A stretch of 64,000 bases of DNA from Rhodocyclaceae bacterium (GTDB taxonomy: Bacteria > Pseudomonadota > Gammaproteobacteria > Burkholderiales > Rhodocyclaceae), in contig JAJVIJ010000013.1 in the NCBI GenBank assembly GCA_022072095.1, positions 109,273 to 173,272 on the forward strand. Reading direction: 5' to 3'. Positions 63,644 to 64,000 of this stretch are shown piece after piece. A program made the translations under genes and the position numbers. The stretch's first letter is position 1. Each line of letters starts with the position of its first letter. Below the pieces are notes generated by a model. The model saw only the letters and a list, made by a program, of their open reading frames with translations. It was not told where the DNA came from and did not search any database.

Positions 63644-64000
63644 ATGCGCTTCCTACGCCTGGCGGTGGCAGCCGTATTGTGCACTTGCGGACCGATTTCA
63701 ATCCAGAATGCATTTTCGGACACTTATCCGAGCAAACCGATCAAAATGATCGTGCCGCAGGGGGCAGGGGGCAGCACCGACATCCTCGCCCGCCTGGTTG
63801 CGCAAAAGCTGGGTGAAGCACTGGGTCAGTCCGTCGTCGTCGAGAACCGCCCCGGCGCCGGAGGCATCGTGGGCGTAGACGCCGCGGCGAAGTCCGCGCC
63901 GGATGGCTACACGATCCTGTTCGGCTCGAGCACGACCATGGCTGCGAACGTCAGTCTTTACAGCAAGATTCCGTTCGACCCGGTCAAGGATTTCGCGCCG
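63644..64000 (+). CDS. Bug-family (TctC-like) tripartite tricarboxylate transporter substrate-binding protein, 5' part
   Basis: Not in the track because it is truncated at the window edge. Manual translation gives MRFLRLAVAAVLCTCGPISIQNAFSDTYPSKPIKMIVPQGAGGSTDILARLVAQKLGEALGQSVVVENRPGAGG.., the Bug-family N-terminal signature. The Shine-Dalgarno sequence AAGGAGA lies 6 nt upstream. Confidence 0.85.
   Translation, partial: MRFLRLAVAAVLCTCGPISIQNAFSDTYPSKPIKMIVPQGAGGSTDILARLVAQKLGEALGQSVVVENRPGAGGIVGVDAAAKSAPDGYTILFGSSTTMAANVSLYSKIPFDPVKDFAP

Overview
GC-rich (above 60% GC by eye) proteobacterial chromosome segment. Gene order and protein motifs point to a betaproteobacterium, probably Burkholderiales-like, since a Bug/TctC-type binding protein starts at the right edge. 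All calls come from reading the supplied translations, manual translation of gaps, motif recognition and synteny; no searches were run. About 60 protein genes are tightly packed, and almost all are conserved core functions. In order: rnc(partial)-DUF4845-lepB-lepA, grx-like, then mucD/degP-rseC-rseB-rseA-rpoE (minus strand) diverging from nadB. Next come the orphan YgfX-like gene and fabF-acpP-fabG-fabD-fabH-plsX-rpmF-yceD (minus strand) diverging from maf. Then uvrA diverges from a YajR-like MFS gene fused head-to-tail with ssb, followed by ugd, groES-groEL (sigma32-type promoter plus CIRCE operator), an EamA transporter and leuS-lptE-holA-proA. After that: dgt-like, aroB-aroK, pilQPONM (minus strand) diverging from mrcA, cyaY, lptM-like-lysA and gltB-gltD. 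The right end holds kdsC-lptC-lptA, a CPA2 K+/H+ antiporter and the Bug-family protein. rpmF (59 aa) and the partial rnc and Bug genes are missing from the ORF track and were recovered by hand. Many track ORFs are N-terminally over-extended or are GC-rich antisense shadow ORFs. No rRNA, tRNA, CRISPR array, transposase or integrase was recognised. The only accessory-looking stretch is about 51.1-59.6 kb. It holds a translationally coupled cluster (PAP2 phosphatase / MprF-TM-like protein / polyprenyl-phosphate GT2 / two different ArnT-like GT-C transferases / second PAP2 phosphatase). This cluster lies beside a kdsC-lptC-lptA block that lacks kdsD, lptB and rpoN. I read it as a candidate dual-site lipid A/LPS phosphate-to-sugar remodelling system, and it is the top finding. 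Smaller findings: a promoter-plus-terminator unit (candidate sRNA or attenuator) upstream of gltB, 15-bp tandem repeats between cyaY and lysA, an AT-rich palindrome between uvrA and MFS-ssb, and a YgfX-like gene with no SdhE partner and no canonical start near its first helix.
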